DNA from: an uncultured virus (IMG/VR IMGVR_UViG_3300008448_000043)
Taxonomy: Duplodnaviria; Heunggongvirae; Uroviricota; Caudoviricetes
Virus record (IMG/VR): IMGVR_UViG_3300008448_000043
Reading direction: 5' to 3' (one strand)
Length of the DNA: 20,000 nt
Part shown: in pieces, positions 1-10,171 of the stretch
Layout of the letters: each line of letters opens with the position of its first letter
Position numbering within the stretch: position 1 is the first letter of the stretch
Translations under genes and position numbers: made by a program
Notes under the pieces: model-generated
Told to the model about the DNA's origin: nothing
Database searches by the model: none
Seen by the model: the letters and a program-made list of their open reading frames with translations, nothing else

Positions 1-2
1 CT

Positions 3-3000
3 GAAAGTAGAGTTGTCAATACTGGATATGACTGCTGATGACTGACTCCGATCACCAAAAATTGTTTTTCCTGTTTGGAATAGGAAAGAAGAATTAGAGG
101 CGTTAGAATCCTTAACAATAACAGTATCATCATTATCCTTCTGAGATAAAATACCCCTAACTACTTTTTGAGCACTGGCAAATACAGTAGTGTTATTGAT
201 TGTAAATCTTGGTTTATTTTTAATTGTAACAGTTGTAGTGTTTGCAGTTATAACACGAACAACTTGGAACGTTTCTGTAACAGATAAATGAGTATTTGTT
301 GTCACAGCACTTGATAGAGGAGCATCGATAGTCAACTGAGTATTATTAGCAATAGTTACAACTTGTCTTAGTTCGTTGTTAATGCAAATGAAATCACCAA
401 CAGCATATTGTGTAGTGAATGTTGAAGATGATCCAGTAACTGTAGTGTCTGAGGATGTAACTGTAACTGTTCCTGTACCTGTTACTGCATTGTTACCATA
501 TACAATTAACAAGTAATCGTCCATGGTTACCGTACCTGAAATGTTATTAGTGGTTGTAATAACCGACAAACCTCTTGAATTAATACTTGAGTTGCCAAAC
601 TGTGTGCTCAAGTATGTATTCGCCTTTTGAGCAATGGCTTCTCCAACTTCAAATGAACCTTGAGTATTCGCAATCGTCATGAACTCAATATTATCATTCT
701 CAAAAACAACTGTTCCAAACTGACTATTAGTAAAGTCTGCACAGTACACTCTGAATTTGATATCTTCGTTTATCAACGGAGTCCATACTTTGTCATTAGA
801 AGATAGATAACAGCTACCATCGCCCCAGTCTTTATTCTTGGCAACGTTAGTTAATATATCCGGATAACCTGCTTCTGCAGACCATGCAATGTATTCAGGA
901 GAATCTGCATCTGGTAATAACACAACAGCATAGTCGCGACCATGTCTGACATAAACGGGACTGTTAAATATAACCGTCGTCACTGCACTAGAGTTGTTAC
1001 TGACATTAACGTATTTTGAAGGCACCATCTTCTGTGCCAATATGGAAGGGATTGGTGCTCCTGATGATGGATCAGTTTCTCTTATTTGTACAACAAGTCC
1101 AAAGTTAGAATCCTTCTGCTTGAAGTACAAATCTACTTTCGTGATGTATATACCATCTGTACCATCATTAAGACTTACTGCAAAAGTTTGAGCTAAAGGA
1201 TCAGGAGGAGGTGCTGTCGTCCTGGTTGCAGTAGTAACGGTTGTTGTTGTGTTGGAAAGCAATACATTGGTTATGTTACCAGGCTTCTTTGTAGTTACAG
1301 ATAGAGTAGCCATGTCTTTAGTAAAGTTGTAAGCACTAAAGACACAGCTAGCTCTTGATATGGTCGTATCAGCCGATTGATAATCATCAACATCCAGTAG
1401 AAGAACTTCTCTATCTCCACAGAAATACTTTTGCTCTTCGATGTAGAATGTACCAGCAAGCATACCTAGTGTATTAGCAACAAGAACATCACCCAAATCT
1501 CCAATTATACTGTATCCTGTAGTGGAGCTTGTTTTATCTAAGTCTGTGGTTTTATCATACGAATTAAAAAGATCTATGTCAAATTGAGCAGGTAAAGTCA
1601 GGTTACTTACGGGACGTTTATCAAAATACACATAGTGTTTTGTACCTGGTCTCAGACCTGAAGCAACAAAAGAAACCCACTGAGGTCTTATGTATGGATT
1701 AAGACTAAAGTCCGTTACAAAATCACCAATTTCTTGTGTGTTTGTAACCGTAGATCCAACAGATAGTTGATTCTGTGTTGTTGTAGTCTGGGTTGTTACA
1801 GTTGACTGTTGATTTTCAGAACCGTTTCTATTTGTTGAAACAGTATTCCATGCAGTAGCCGTCTGCGCAATTGTAGTACCACCAGCTTTAAAGTTAGGGT
1901 TCTTATTAATAGCATTGATCAGATTATTGAGTGGAGTTGCAAGATCTATTGTAAAATTGAGCTGCGATGTTGTAGTATCGTAGAAGTTATCGTACGGAGG
2001 AAACAACTGCATTGCTCCTTGATAGCTCCATGTACTCTGAGTAACTCTCCTCTGTCTATTTGCCAGTGGTTGTTCAGTGTAGAGTTTTTGAGTGTAGCTC
2101 AATGTAGCCAAATCACCCTTAAATGTTAGATTTGAAGACGCTGAGGTATTTGCAACTAGATCAATCATCCTTGAATCTAGCTGAGGTCTAGCTATACTTT
2201 TTATGGGATCTATGGTAATTAGATATTCGGGATTATTGACATCTGAAATATCGTATGTAGAGAAAGAGTCTACAAAGAATCCGTTTTTGAATCTGTTTAT
2301 TGAACTATTTGCTTCGCTAGGAATTACAAGGTCACTTGCATTTGTTTCCAAAAGAGATAGTAGAGAGTAATATTCTAGCTTGGAAATTCTATCCTCAATC
2401 CTTCGAATATCACTCATTGTGTAGTTTCTGATCTGATCTTGTTTCACCAGAGTAGAATATTCTGGACGACCACTATCCTTAGCTTGCTTTGGTGATAGGG
2501 TTGGGTAAGGTGGAACATGTACAGTTCCAAGAGACATTCCAGTATCCGGAGCTTTTGGAGGCTCAGGGTTCTCTGAAGGAACACCCTCCACAATACTAAT
2601 TTGACCAAATTGATCCAGAATAACTCTATCTGCTCGTCTCAAGTAGTGTTCAATCTCTGCCTCAAAATCCTTGTTTGGTGTTGGAAAGTAAAGAGTACCT
2701 GTGAGAGTGTTTGTACCTGATGGATCAATAGTAGCACCAGCAACAGTGTTTGCATTAACGTTTGCTGTATTAGATACTATTGGTCTAAAATCTATTGCAT
2801 CTCTTAAATTGATAGTAATACCAGATTTAGGTGAGACGTGGTTTGGTATATCCTGAGTTCTTATCTCCGTGTTAGCATTATAGGTGTTAGAGTCGTTTAC
2901 AGGATACGATTCCGTAGAGATATAGTATCCAGATCCGTGGGTGAAGCAGCTCAATTCTACTAGCAAGCAGGATGAAGAAGTTAGTGATAGTGTTCCTCCA

Positions 3001-5495
3001 GGCCTCTTTCTAAGACTAGCTAGTTTGTATACATTGTCTGTTTGACCACTAATCAACTCAAAGCTGTTCTTATAGTTTGTGGTGGTGTTGGAGTACGTGT
3101 TACCCGTTCCAACATACACTGCATCAATGCTATAAACATCAGGAATACCCAGACTCCAAGGACCTTTATTTTTTGCTGATAGTATTGATGTTGAGAGCTT
3201 TACGAATACTCCCTTTTTGACTGTTTTTGTTTTAGGGCTAGCGCTGCTAACTTGAATATCGTGATATATCTTTGAAGTAACAGAAGTCGCAAGCGTATTA
3301 CCCAAGAAGATAGTAGCCTGTTGTCTTGCACCGTCAATATTTACATTAGCAGATCCTTTATCCAACCTCACTGGGACATTCTTAGGATATGCTAATGTGT
3401 ATGTGTTTGACACGAGTGAAGCTGGACCAGCACCTGCAACCTTCATAGTTGTTGGAGAAGTGATTGATGCAATTCTAAAGAAGCCTGAATCACCACTGAA
3501 TTTAACGTAGTCACCTTGATCTAATTCGGAAATGAAGCTTGTACCAACTCCAGTAATTGTATTTCCAGAAGTAGATATTGTACCGGATAATGTAGTTGAA
3601 GATACTACATTAGAGGCAGGTACTACAATGAAATCTAATGTCTGAATATCGTTGAGAGGTGAGCTAGCAGTGTATGGGAAATACTCTGATCCTGTTAGAT
3701 TAATTATGGCCGTGCCAGTACCATCAAAGGTATAGTTAGCAGCTGTTCTGTATATAAACTCTTCATTGGTAAATTGTTTTACTGCTTGAACACCTGAAGA
3801 GAATAAAAGTGAATCAAAATCAGTATCTTGTAGCTGCGCACCGGCATCATCCAACACACAGTCAGCAGTTCCATCACCACTTTGAACCGATAACACATCT
3901 TCGAATGCAAATCCGGGATTGAGGGCTATATCATAAAGATACAGTCTGTAAGTAGCAGAAGGTGTGCCTATATTTCCGGAGTGGTACACGAACGATCGTA
4001 TTTTAGCTGTTCCAATTAACGAACCCGGTGTTGTTGGTCCACCACCGTAGTTATCTGTGATATCTGTAGCAGCAGCGTTTCTTAAGTTTACCGATCCACC
4101 AGAAGTAAAATCAAAATTACCAAGCATCTCGTTAATTAAAACATAGTTGCCGTAATTTGTTGAAATCACCTGACTTGCTAGGTTTGCAGTATCAGTTCCT
4201 TTTCTGATAGGAGTTCTTACAATATCCTCAATCTCCATTCTGTAACCATCAACATAACCAACACCAGATCCAATGGAGACATCAATGTGTGTGGTGTTTC
4301 CAGTGATTTCTTCAGTATATATGTTAAATGGTCTAACGACGTAATCTCCACTCTCCTCGGCAGTTCTTCTTGCTAACTTAGAGTTAATCGAATTAAATTC
4401 TGTTTCTGTTCTTCTTCTAACAATCTTACCGCGCTCATACTCCAACAAGCTAAAGAATTCTGTATTAGCTGCAGCATCAGCCTTAGTTTTAACAACTAAA
4501 GATGGTGTTAGCTTCAAACGGTATGCACCAGGTGCAGTAAAGTTGCTATATCCCTGTGCATTGTCAAGTAGTGTTGTATCTACACTATTATTAACCACAG
4601 ACTCAAGAGTGTTGAAACCAAGAACTAAACCATCGGGTTCTGAAGAGAATCTGTCAATAATAGTGGTTTGCGTTTCTACTCTTACAAAATTACCTTTTTG
4701 ATATATTACTCCATCAGAAACGGTTGCAGCACTACCTAAACCTGTAGGTGTTGTTGAGTTTGCACTGAAACTTGAGTTAGCAACAGTAACGTCAGCAATA
4801 TAGTTTTTGACTGTGAATTGAGCACCAGAACCAGTAGATGTGGTTATAGATAGCGATGGTGCAGTTGTGTATCCACTACCTTGAGATGTAATTGTAACTG
4901 ATCTAATCGTACCGTTTGCATATGTAATTAATGTGGCAGCTGCGCCAGAACCATCTCCACCTGAGAAAGATATACTATCACTGTTGCTATAAAGAGTACC
5001 ACCACTATCAATAGTAATATCCTCAACAGGATAGTTACGATCAAATACTCGAACAACGTCTGAGTTAGCAAAAGTCTTTTTATCTCCCGTACCGGTATTA
5101 AGGTACTTCACAAAGAGCATGTTTGTATCAGGATCTTGTGATTCAAGACCATCAAATGAATTAACAACCAGTGATTGTAGGTTGGATGATAGATGGATAG
5201 CGTATGCGTTCACATAATTTGAAGGAACTGCAGTCTGGCCATCTACCTGTAGATCCAGAATTTTAATGTAATAATAGTTATAATCAAAAGTAAAAGTACA
5301 TCCTTTGAGAATAGTACCCTGCTTGTAGATGTTGTCACCAAATCTTTCAAACTGATTTTGTAAAATGGACTGTAGCTGAGTTAATTCTCTTGCCTGAACA
5401 GGCACGGCAGGGCGGAAAAGAACTCTATGAAAGTTCTTCTCTTCGTCGTAATCATCATAAAAAGGAGCTACGTTTAGATTAGTGTCAAGTGGCAT
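3..5495 (-). CDS. Large virion structural protein, DUF4815/VrlC-like family (at least 1831 aa, 3' end beyond window)
   Basis: ATG at 5495-5493 preceded by GAGGA (TTAGAGGAACAAATG). N-terminus MPLDTNLNVAPFYDDYDEEKNFHRVLFRPAVPVQARELTQLQSILQNQ, plus APGAYRLKLTP (~4505-4535) and DPLAQTF...ITKVDLYF (~1120-1200), are typical of DUF4815 proteins following gp8 in environmental T4-like phages. The same frame was checked at 5495, ~1190 and 3-60; the ORF track omits it because no stop falls inside the window. Confidence 0.9.
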   Translation of the reverse strand, partial: MPLDTNLNVAPFYDDYDEEKNFHRVLFRPAVPVQARELTQLQSILQNQFERFGDNIYKQGTILKGCTFTFDYNYYYIKILDLQVDGQTAVPSNYVNAYAIHLSSNLQSLVVNSFDGLESQDPDTNMLFVKYLNTGTGDKKTFANSDVVRVFDRNYPVEDITIDSGGTLYSNSDSISFSGGDGSGAAATLITYANGTIRSVTITSQGSGYTTAPSLSITTSTGSGAQFTVKNYIADVTVANSSFSANSTTPTGLGSAATVSDGVIYQKGNFVRVETQTTIIDRFSSEPDGLVLGFNTLESVVNNSVDTTLLDNAQGYSNFTAPGAYRLKLTPSLVVKTKADAAANTEFFSLLEYERGKIVRRRTETEFNSINSKLARRTAEESGDYVVRPFNIYTEEITGNTTHIDVSIGSGVGYVDGYRMEIEDIVRTPIRKGTDTANLASQVISTNYGNYVLINEMLGNFDFTSGGSVNLRNAAATDITDNYGGGPTTPGSLIGTAKIRSFVYHSGNIGTPSATYRLYLYDIALNPGFAFEDVLSVQSGDGTADCVLDDAGAQLQDTDFDSLLFSSGVQAVKQFTNEEFIYRTAANYTFDGTGTAIINLTGSEYFPYTASSPLNDIQTLDFIVVPASNVVSSTTLSGTISTSGNTITGVGTSFISELDQGDYVKFSGDSGFFRIASITSPTTMKVAGAGPASLVSNTYTLAYPKNVPVRLDKGSANVNIDGARQQATIFLGNTLATSVTSKIYHDIQVSSASPKTKTVKKGVFVKLSTSILSAKNKGPWSLGIPDVYSIDAVYVGTGNTYSNTTTNYKNSFELISGQTDNVYKLASLRKRPGGTLSLTSSSCLLVELSCFTHGSGYYISTESYPVNDSNTYNANTEIRTQDIPNHVSPKSGITINLRDAIDFRPIVSNTANVNANTVAGATIDPSGTNTLTGTLYFPTPNKDFEAEIEHYLRRADRVILDQFGQISIVEGVPSENPEPPKAPDTGMSLGTVHVPPYPTLSPKQAKDSGRPEYSTLVKQDQIRNYTMSDIRRIEDRISKLEYYSLLSLLETNASDLVIPSEANSSINRFKNGFFVDSFSTYDISDVNNPEYLITIDPIKSIARPQLDSRMIDLVANTSASSNLTFKGDLATLSYTQKLYTEQPLANRQRRVTQSTWSYQGAMQLFPPYDNFYDTTTSQLNFTIDLATPLNNLINAINKNPNFKAGGTTIAQTATAWNTVSTNRNGSENQQSTVTTQTTTTQNQLSVGSTVTNTQEIGDFVTDFSLNPYIRPQWVSFVASGLRPGTKHYVYFDKRPVSNLTLPAQFDIDLFNSYDKTTDLDKTSSTTGYSIIGDLGDVLVANTLGMLAGTFYIEEQKYFCGDREVLLLDVDDYQSADTTISRASCVFSAYNFTKDMATLSVTTKKPGNITNVLLSNTTTTVTTATRTTAPPPDPLAQTFAVSLNDGTDGIYITKVDLYFKQKDSNFGLVVQIRETDPSSGAPIPSILAQKMVPSKYVNVSNNSSAVTTVIFNSPVYVRHGRDYAVVLLPDADSPEYIAWSAEAGYPDILTNVAKNKDWGDGSCYLSSNDKVWTPLINEDIKFRVYCADFTNSQFGTVVFENDNIEFMTIANTQGSFEVGEAIAQKANTYLSTQFGNSSINSRGLSVITTTNNISGTVTMDDYLLIVYGNNAVTGTGTVTVTSSDTTVTGSSSTFTTQYAVGDFICINNELRQVVTIANNTQLTIDAPLSSAVTTNTHLSVTETFQVVRVITANTTTVTIKNKPRFTINNTTVFASAQKVVRGILSQKDNDDTVIVKDSNASNSSFLFQTGKTIFGDRSQSSAVISSIDNSTF

Positions 5496-5507
5496 TTGTT
5501 CCTCTAA

Positions 5508-7295
5508 TTAAAATTCCAATATTAATTTTAACGATTCTGTTTGTCCGGATGTCTTCGATATCGGTACAAAATTCTCAATGTAAATTACATCACCTGTGTT
5601 TTTAACCAAGTCAGGTGGGATGATTGCATCTATTGATGCTCGAGCCGATGAGTTAGCTCCGTCAATATATTCAGTAGTACTTATATCGGATGTATTGAAT
5701 GTTCCTTTGGGATCTACGACCCTTATTACTGTGGCATTGGATGAATAAAAATAAGCATTAGCTGCTATTTGGTACACTCTTTCATCCTCTATAAAATTGT
5801 TAGATGTTTGGAGTGAGGCAACAAATTTTGTTGTCTGATCAACATACGTTGTCGGTTGTGAAATTGCATCGCATATCGCAGTGTATCCTGAAACATTACC
5901 AGTTAGTAAGTTGGTTGATGAATTTCCTGTTGCGAAGAAACCAAAAGCATTCGACAGTTTAACCGATGTACTGTTTGCTGATACAACTATACCGTATGCT
6001 CCAGTGTTGGATTGAGATACACGCTCTTCATCTTGGAAGGTCCCTGAAACACTGCTAAGTGTCAGCACCACATTTGCAAAAAGTGGGTTCTTTATAATTC
6101 CAGCTGTTCTAAAGTCGTTCTCATCAACAATCTTCCCACCGGAAAGAGTACTATCATACACAACACTAACTCCAACATAGTGGGCTCCCAGCTCGGCTGC
6201 TGTGTTACTTCCGTGGCCACCTTTAGGGCTTATGATTGCCTTAGCCTGTGCGTTGTTTGCTAAAATAGCAGTTGAGGTAGCAACATTAATGATTCCGGTA
6301 TTTCCGGTGATAGCAACAGAGGCGTACGTGTAGTTTTCACCACGATTAACAATCTCAATTTTGTGAATTGAATTTGAAGTAGCATTAACAATAGCTCTAG
6401 CTGTAGCACCGGTACCGTCACCAGATATGGTAACAAGAGGAGTTATTTCATATGTTGAAGAGTTTGTAGGGCCAATAGTGAAAGCAGAGTCTATAGTAAC
6501 TCTTCTTGTTGAACCAGAAACTGTGTAAGCGTTGATTTTTTTGAGTTGACCTGCTCCTGTACCGCTAACAATTTTAAGAGCACATCCTACATAAAAGCTA
6601 CTATTACTCGAAGAAGTAGTAGGATCCAACGCATAAATTAACTCATTACCACCAACACGAGATTCTTGGAAAGTTCCATTGGCGTAAGAAGAGTAGCTAC
6701 TACCACGCGATATCACTTCAATATTATCTATAGAACCTGCCACTGCATTTCCGGAAACCTGGGTGTTAGCAATAACCGGTATGTGGGATAAAGTAGCAAA
6801 CCTATCAAAAACAGTAGAAGATACTGAGTACATATACTTCCACTGATACCCGTCTGGTGTCACGTAGCTCTCATCACTAGGTGATGTTTCTGTTGATTGG
6901 GGTTCGTATGTAGAATATGCACCGCTGTTATTATCAAGACATTTAAATACACTGTAATTCAGGCCCTCATCAACAACTACGTAGAACGCAGATTGGAATA
7001 AGTTATTTGCATCATGTGAGTATTTTGCGTATGCTGTATTAGCCGTCCAGTCATGTCTTGGTGCCATGTAAACCACGTCAGAAGTAGTTATACGTTTAGC
7101 ATATATCATATCTTCATATGGATCAACGTATACGTCTCTGACAGCATCATAAAGCGTTGGTGGTACAGAGTCGTTAGTGAAAGGAGTAGACTTACCTATG
7201 AAGAGGTAGTAAACTTCAAATTGACTTTCACTGAACGATTCTATAAACTGTTCAGCATTGAATAGCTTGAAATTATTGGTAATTAATTTACTCAT
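5508..7295 (-). CDS. gp8: Baseplate wedge subunit, T4 gp8-like (595 aa, enlarged)
   Basis: Motifs YYLFIGK..PF, PRHDWT...Y..Y, FYVV...YSVFKCLDN, DGYQWKYMY, IISPKGGHG, NDFRTAGIIKNP and C-terminal GDVIYIENF.PI.....QTESLKLILEF; lies directly after gp7. Confidence 0.9.
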   Translation of the reverse strand: MSKLITNNFKLFNAEQFIESFSESQFEVYYLFIGKSTPFTNDSVPPTLYDAVRDVYVDPYEDMIYAKRITTSDVVYMAPRHDWTANTAYAKYSHDANNLFQSAFYVVVDEGLNYSVFKCLDNNSGAYSTYEPQSTETSPSDESYVTPDGYQWKYMYSVSSTVFDRFATLSHIPVIANTQVSGNAVAGSIDNIEVISRGSSYSSYANGTFQESRVGGNELIYALDPTTSSSNSSFYVGCALKIVSGTGAGQLKKINAYTVSGSTRRVTIDSAFTIGPTNSSTYEITPLVTISGDGTGATARAIVNATSNSIHKIEIVNRGENYTYASVAITGNTGIINVATSTAILANNAQAKAIISPKGGHGSNTAAELGAHYVGVSVVYDSTLSGGKIVDENDFRTAGIIKNPLFANVVLTLSSVSGTFQDEERVSQSNTGAYGIVVSANSTSVKLSNAFGFFATGNSSTNLLTGNVSGYTAICDAISQPTTYVDQTTKFVASLQTSNNFIEDERVYQIAANAYFYSSNATVIRVVDPKGTFNTSDISTTEYIDGANSSARASIDAIIPPDLVKNTGDVIYIENFVPISKTSGQTESLKLILEF

Positions 7296-10171
7296 GTATC
7301 TATTTGTAGGCCAGAAGTAGACATTGAAACTACAGCATTTGAGATCTTAACAATGCCGCCAAAGAGCTTGGTACCAGCAACATGTATAAGTTGTTTTAAA
7401 ACATCAGAATAACTATCTAACGGAAGACTAGATTTAATCTGGTAAGAATATTCCTGATAAAATTCTCCATCATGGATGTATTTATCACTGTTGAGAAAAC
7501 CTCTTGTAGATTTAAAATAACCTTCACCATATCCTTGATTGATTAGGTTAGCAAAACCTGTAGCAACATATTGATTAGTATTGATTGTAATGGTAACATC
7601 TTCACCATCTTCGTAACCGTATCCCGAATCAACAACAGTTAGAGTTCTTATTTCTCCGTTTGCGGAGCCAGCTTCGGCGGCAACAATAGCATTATTACCC
7701 ATAGCCTTAGATTCAACTATGGGTGTAGCACTGATAACATTAGCGGTAACACCCGTCACGGCTCCAGTGATCTGAATACCAGGAGTGAATGTTGTGTTAA
7801 ATGTTTGTCTCTTTAAATTAACAATCTGGGTAGTTGAATTTATTACTAACCCTCTTGACACAGATATCTGAGCATTTGATACTGCTGTATTCACAAAGAA
7901 TCCGTATCCTGAATTCAACCCAACAGCTACATTCGAAGCAACCGTGTATGTGTCACCGGATATAGATGTAGCATTGCTTGCTAGCGTTAACACTGTGTTG
8001 TTTGTTATTGAGCTTATTTTATAAAGTAAACCATTGCTACTAAACTTAATATATCTTCCAGCTGCTAGCTGCGAAGTAAACGAGGTTGATACACCATTTA
8101 CCTGTGCACTGGTGCTGTTAGCAGAAACTGTACCGGATAGGTTCGCAGAAAAACTAGACTGAACAAATGTACCAGAGGTAATTACGGTTGTTCTTGTTGT
8201 ATTAGCGGTAGCAACCTCACCGCTAACGTTAGCGGTTGAATTAATTTGCTGCGTAACTGGCTCAGTAACTGTAAATGCAGTGTTTCCTCCAGATATGGAT
8301 AGCGTGAAAGCAGGTGTTGTGTAGTTTTGTAGTATTGATTCACCCTCAAGAAAATTACCAGAGCTATTAGCAATTACTAGGTGAATGTTTTTCTTATCAT
8401 ACTGTGCAATATTCTGCTCACGAAGCAAAACAAAAGGTGTGAAGTTATAATTACTACCAGGGTTCACAGAAGCAAGTGATGATATTGTACCAATTGTAAC
8501 CGACTGCTTTGAAAGCAGCTGCCCTATAACAAAACTAGAATTACCTTGGGGAAGTCTTGGAAAATAATATTGGGGAGCATTCAATTGAAGACTTAAATAC
8601 GGTGTAGCAACGTAGTTATCTCCACCTATCAATTCCCCACCAACAGCTACCGATTCCTCATCTGTTAAGCTACCAATGGTGAAACCGGCACCAGAACCAG
8701 TACCCACAACAAAAACATTAGCGTATACATTAGACGTATTACCTCTAACAAAATTATACGCATTTGGAGTAAACGTATTTGACACATTTACCAAACCAAG
8801 AGCAGTGTTACTAACACCCATCACCTTACCGGTAGCTGATCTGTTGGTATACGATGATATAATTGCAGTTGTGTTGGCTATTCTATCTGCAGTAGAGAAA
8901 TTACCACTACTCACAGCAACAAGCATGTGAGCATTAGCTATAATCATTGTGTTATCGGTAACAACAGGACCATTTGTTGATAGTCGTAAGGAAGTATTAC
9001 TTATTACATTGGACACCAAGAAAGAAACAGTACATGCTTGAAACTTGATGTAATCACCAACATCAATCTCATTAACAAAAACGGTATCAGTACCAATCAC
9101 TAAGTTGGAAGTAGAGTTTGCAGAAGCGGTGCCAGATATTGATCCTTGATCTAGTCCAACAATCCTACCAGCAGCAACATTGGCTGTAGAATTAGCACCA
9201 GTAATAGCTTGACCTACTGTGAATGTTACATTGGAAGATTCGAATACAAGATTGGCAAGAGGCTGTGTTACAGTCTCGTCAATAATAAAAGTTGGAACAT
9301 AAACATTACTACTGCTTATGTTTTGGATACTCAACATCTTCTGAGCAATAACAGGAGCTGTGTTCAAGAAGTAACCGGTTCCTCCATCCACCAGAGAGAA
9401 TGCCACTTTACCAGTAGCTTTAGATACTTCCGTGACCCTTGCTTTACCCTGTTTACCAACAGAAGAGGTTACAATATCGATAATATCTCCAACCTCAAAA
9501 TCCCGACCGCGGTCGTTAAGTGTGATTGAAGTTAGAGAACCAATAATAGAAGGAGCATCTTCTAACGATCCGTTATCCGTTACAAGCTCTCTGAAAAGGA
9601 AGTTACCCGAAACACTGGATAGGTATAATACATCTACGTACTTGCCTTGAAGTGATTTTCTACTAATACCCTCAACAAAGGCAGTAGCACCAGAAGACGA
9701 CCCAGTGATTTCCTTACCAAGAAATGTCTTTGATCTTTCAGATAAAGATACTTCTAGATAAACAGGAACGTTCCATTGTCCATCGGAAGGCTTAAGTATA
9801 TCTTTCTTAGGATAGTATATTTCTACGTCAGAGACATCATAACTGTTTTTAAACAAAAGCTCAACGCTTCTTTCAGTCCCTTTAGAACGATATATGTCTA
9901 GGGAGTGCTTAACTTCACTTGCAGTCTTGTCGGTGTTTAGCTGAGTACCTTGAAGAAACTTTTGCTGAAAGTATACTTTAAATTGATCAACGGTTTTGTC
10001 TACATCTTTATAGTTAATTAGGTTTCTAGAGTGATACAAAAAGTTATTAGACTGTTCCGCCCATCTATAATACTCTTTAACAAACTCAATGAAAACAGGA
10101 CCTTCTTCCTGCATGAAAGAAGGAAAGTGTCTATCGACAAAGTAAGAAATGTTTTGTTCTATTTCTCTCAT
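7292..10171 (-). CDS. gp7: Baseplate wedge initiator, T4 gp7-like (959 aa)
   Basis: N-terminal FP.F.....P.FIEFVKEYY, IYRSKGTERSVELLFK and IYYPKKDILKPSDGQW; C-terminal GFLNSDKYIHDGEFYQEYSYQIKS...Y...LKQLIHVAGTKLFG; sits between gp6 and gp8 with ATGA overlaps at both ends. Confidence 0.82.
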   Translation of the reverse strand: MREIEQNISYFVDRHFPSFMQEEGPVFIEFVKEYYRWAEQSNNFLYHSRNLINYKDVDKTVDQFKVYFQQKFLQGTQLNTDKTASEVKHSLDIYRSKGTERSVELLFKNSYDVSDVEIYYPKKDILKPSDGQWNVPVYLEVSLSERSKTFLGKEITGSSSGATAFVEGISRKSLQGKYVDVLYLSSVSGNFLFRELVTDNGSLEDAPSIIGSLTSITLNDRGRDFEVGDIIDIVTSSVGKQGKARVTEVSKATGKVAFSLVDGGTGYFLNTAPVIAQKMLSIQNISSSNVYVPTFIIDETVTQPLANLVFESSNVTFTVGQAITGANSTANVAAGRIVGLDQGSISGTASANSTSNLVIGTDTVFVNEIDVGDYIKFQACTVSFLVSNVISNTSLRLSTNGPVVTDNTMIIANAHMLVAVSSGNFSTADRIANTTAIISSYTNRSATGKVMGVSNTALGLVNVSNTFTPNAYNFVRGNTSNVYANVFVVGTGSGAGFTIGSLTDEESVAVGGELIGGDNYVATPYLSLQLNAPQYYFPRLPQGNSSFVIGQLLSKQSVTIGTISSLASVNPGSNYNFTPFVLLREQNIAQYDKKNIHLVIANSSGNFLEGESILQNYTTPAFTLSISGGNTAFTVTEPVTQQINSTANVSGEVATANTTRTTVITSGTFVQSSFSANLSGTVSANSTSAQVNGVSTSFTSQLAAGRYIKFSSNGLLYKISSITNNTVLTLASNATSISGDTYTVASNVAVGLNSGYGFFVNTAVSNAQISVSRGLVINSTTQIVNLKRQTFNTTFTPGIQITGAVTGVTANVISATPIVESKAMGNNAIVAAEAGSANGEIRTLTVVDSGYGYEDGEDVTITINTNQYVATGFANLINQGYGEGYFKSTRGFLNSDKYIHDGEFYQEYSYQIKSSLPLDSYSDVLKQLIHVAGTKLFGGIVKISNAVVSMSTSGLQIDT

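Noticed and set aside
1190..1330. Intein/Hint domain or intron in the large structural genes, checked in particular just before DPLAQTF
   Set aside because: No intein-like N-terminal (CF/CL) or C-terminal (HN) motifs, homing endonuclease or frame break was seen there; the segment is a short Thr/Pro linker.
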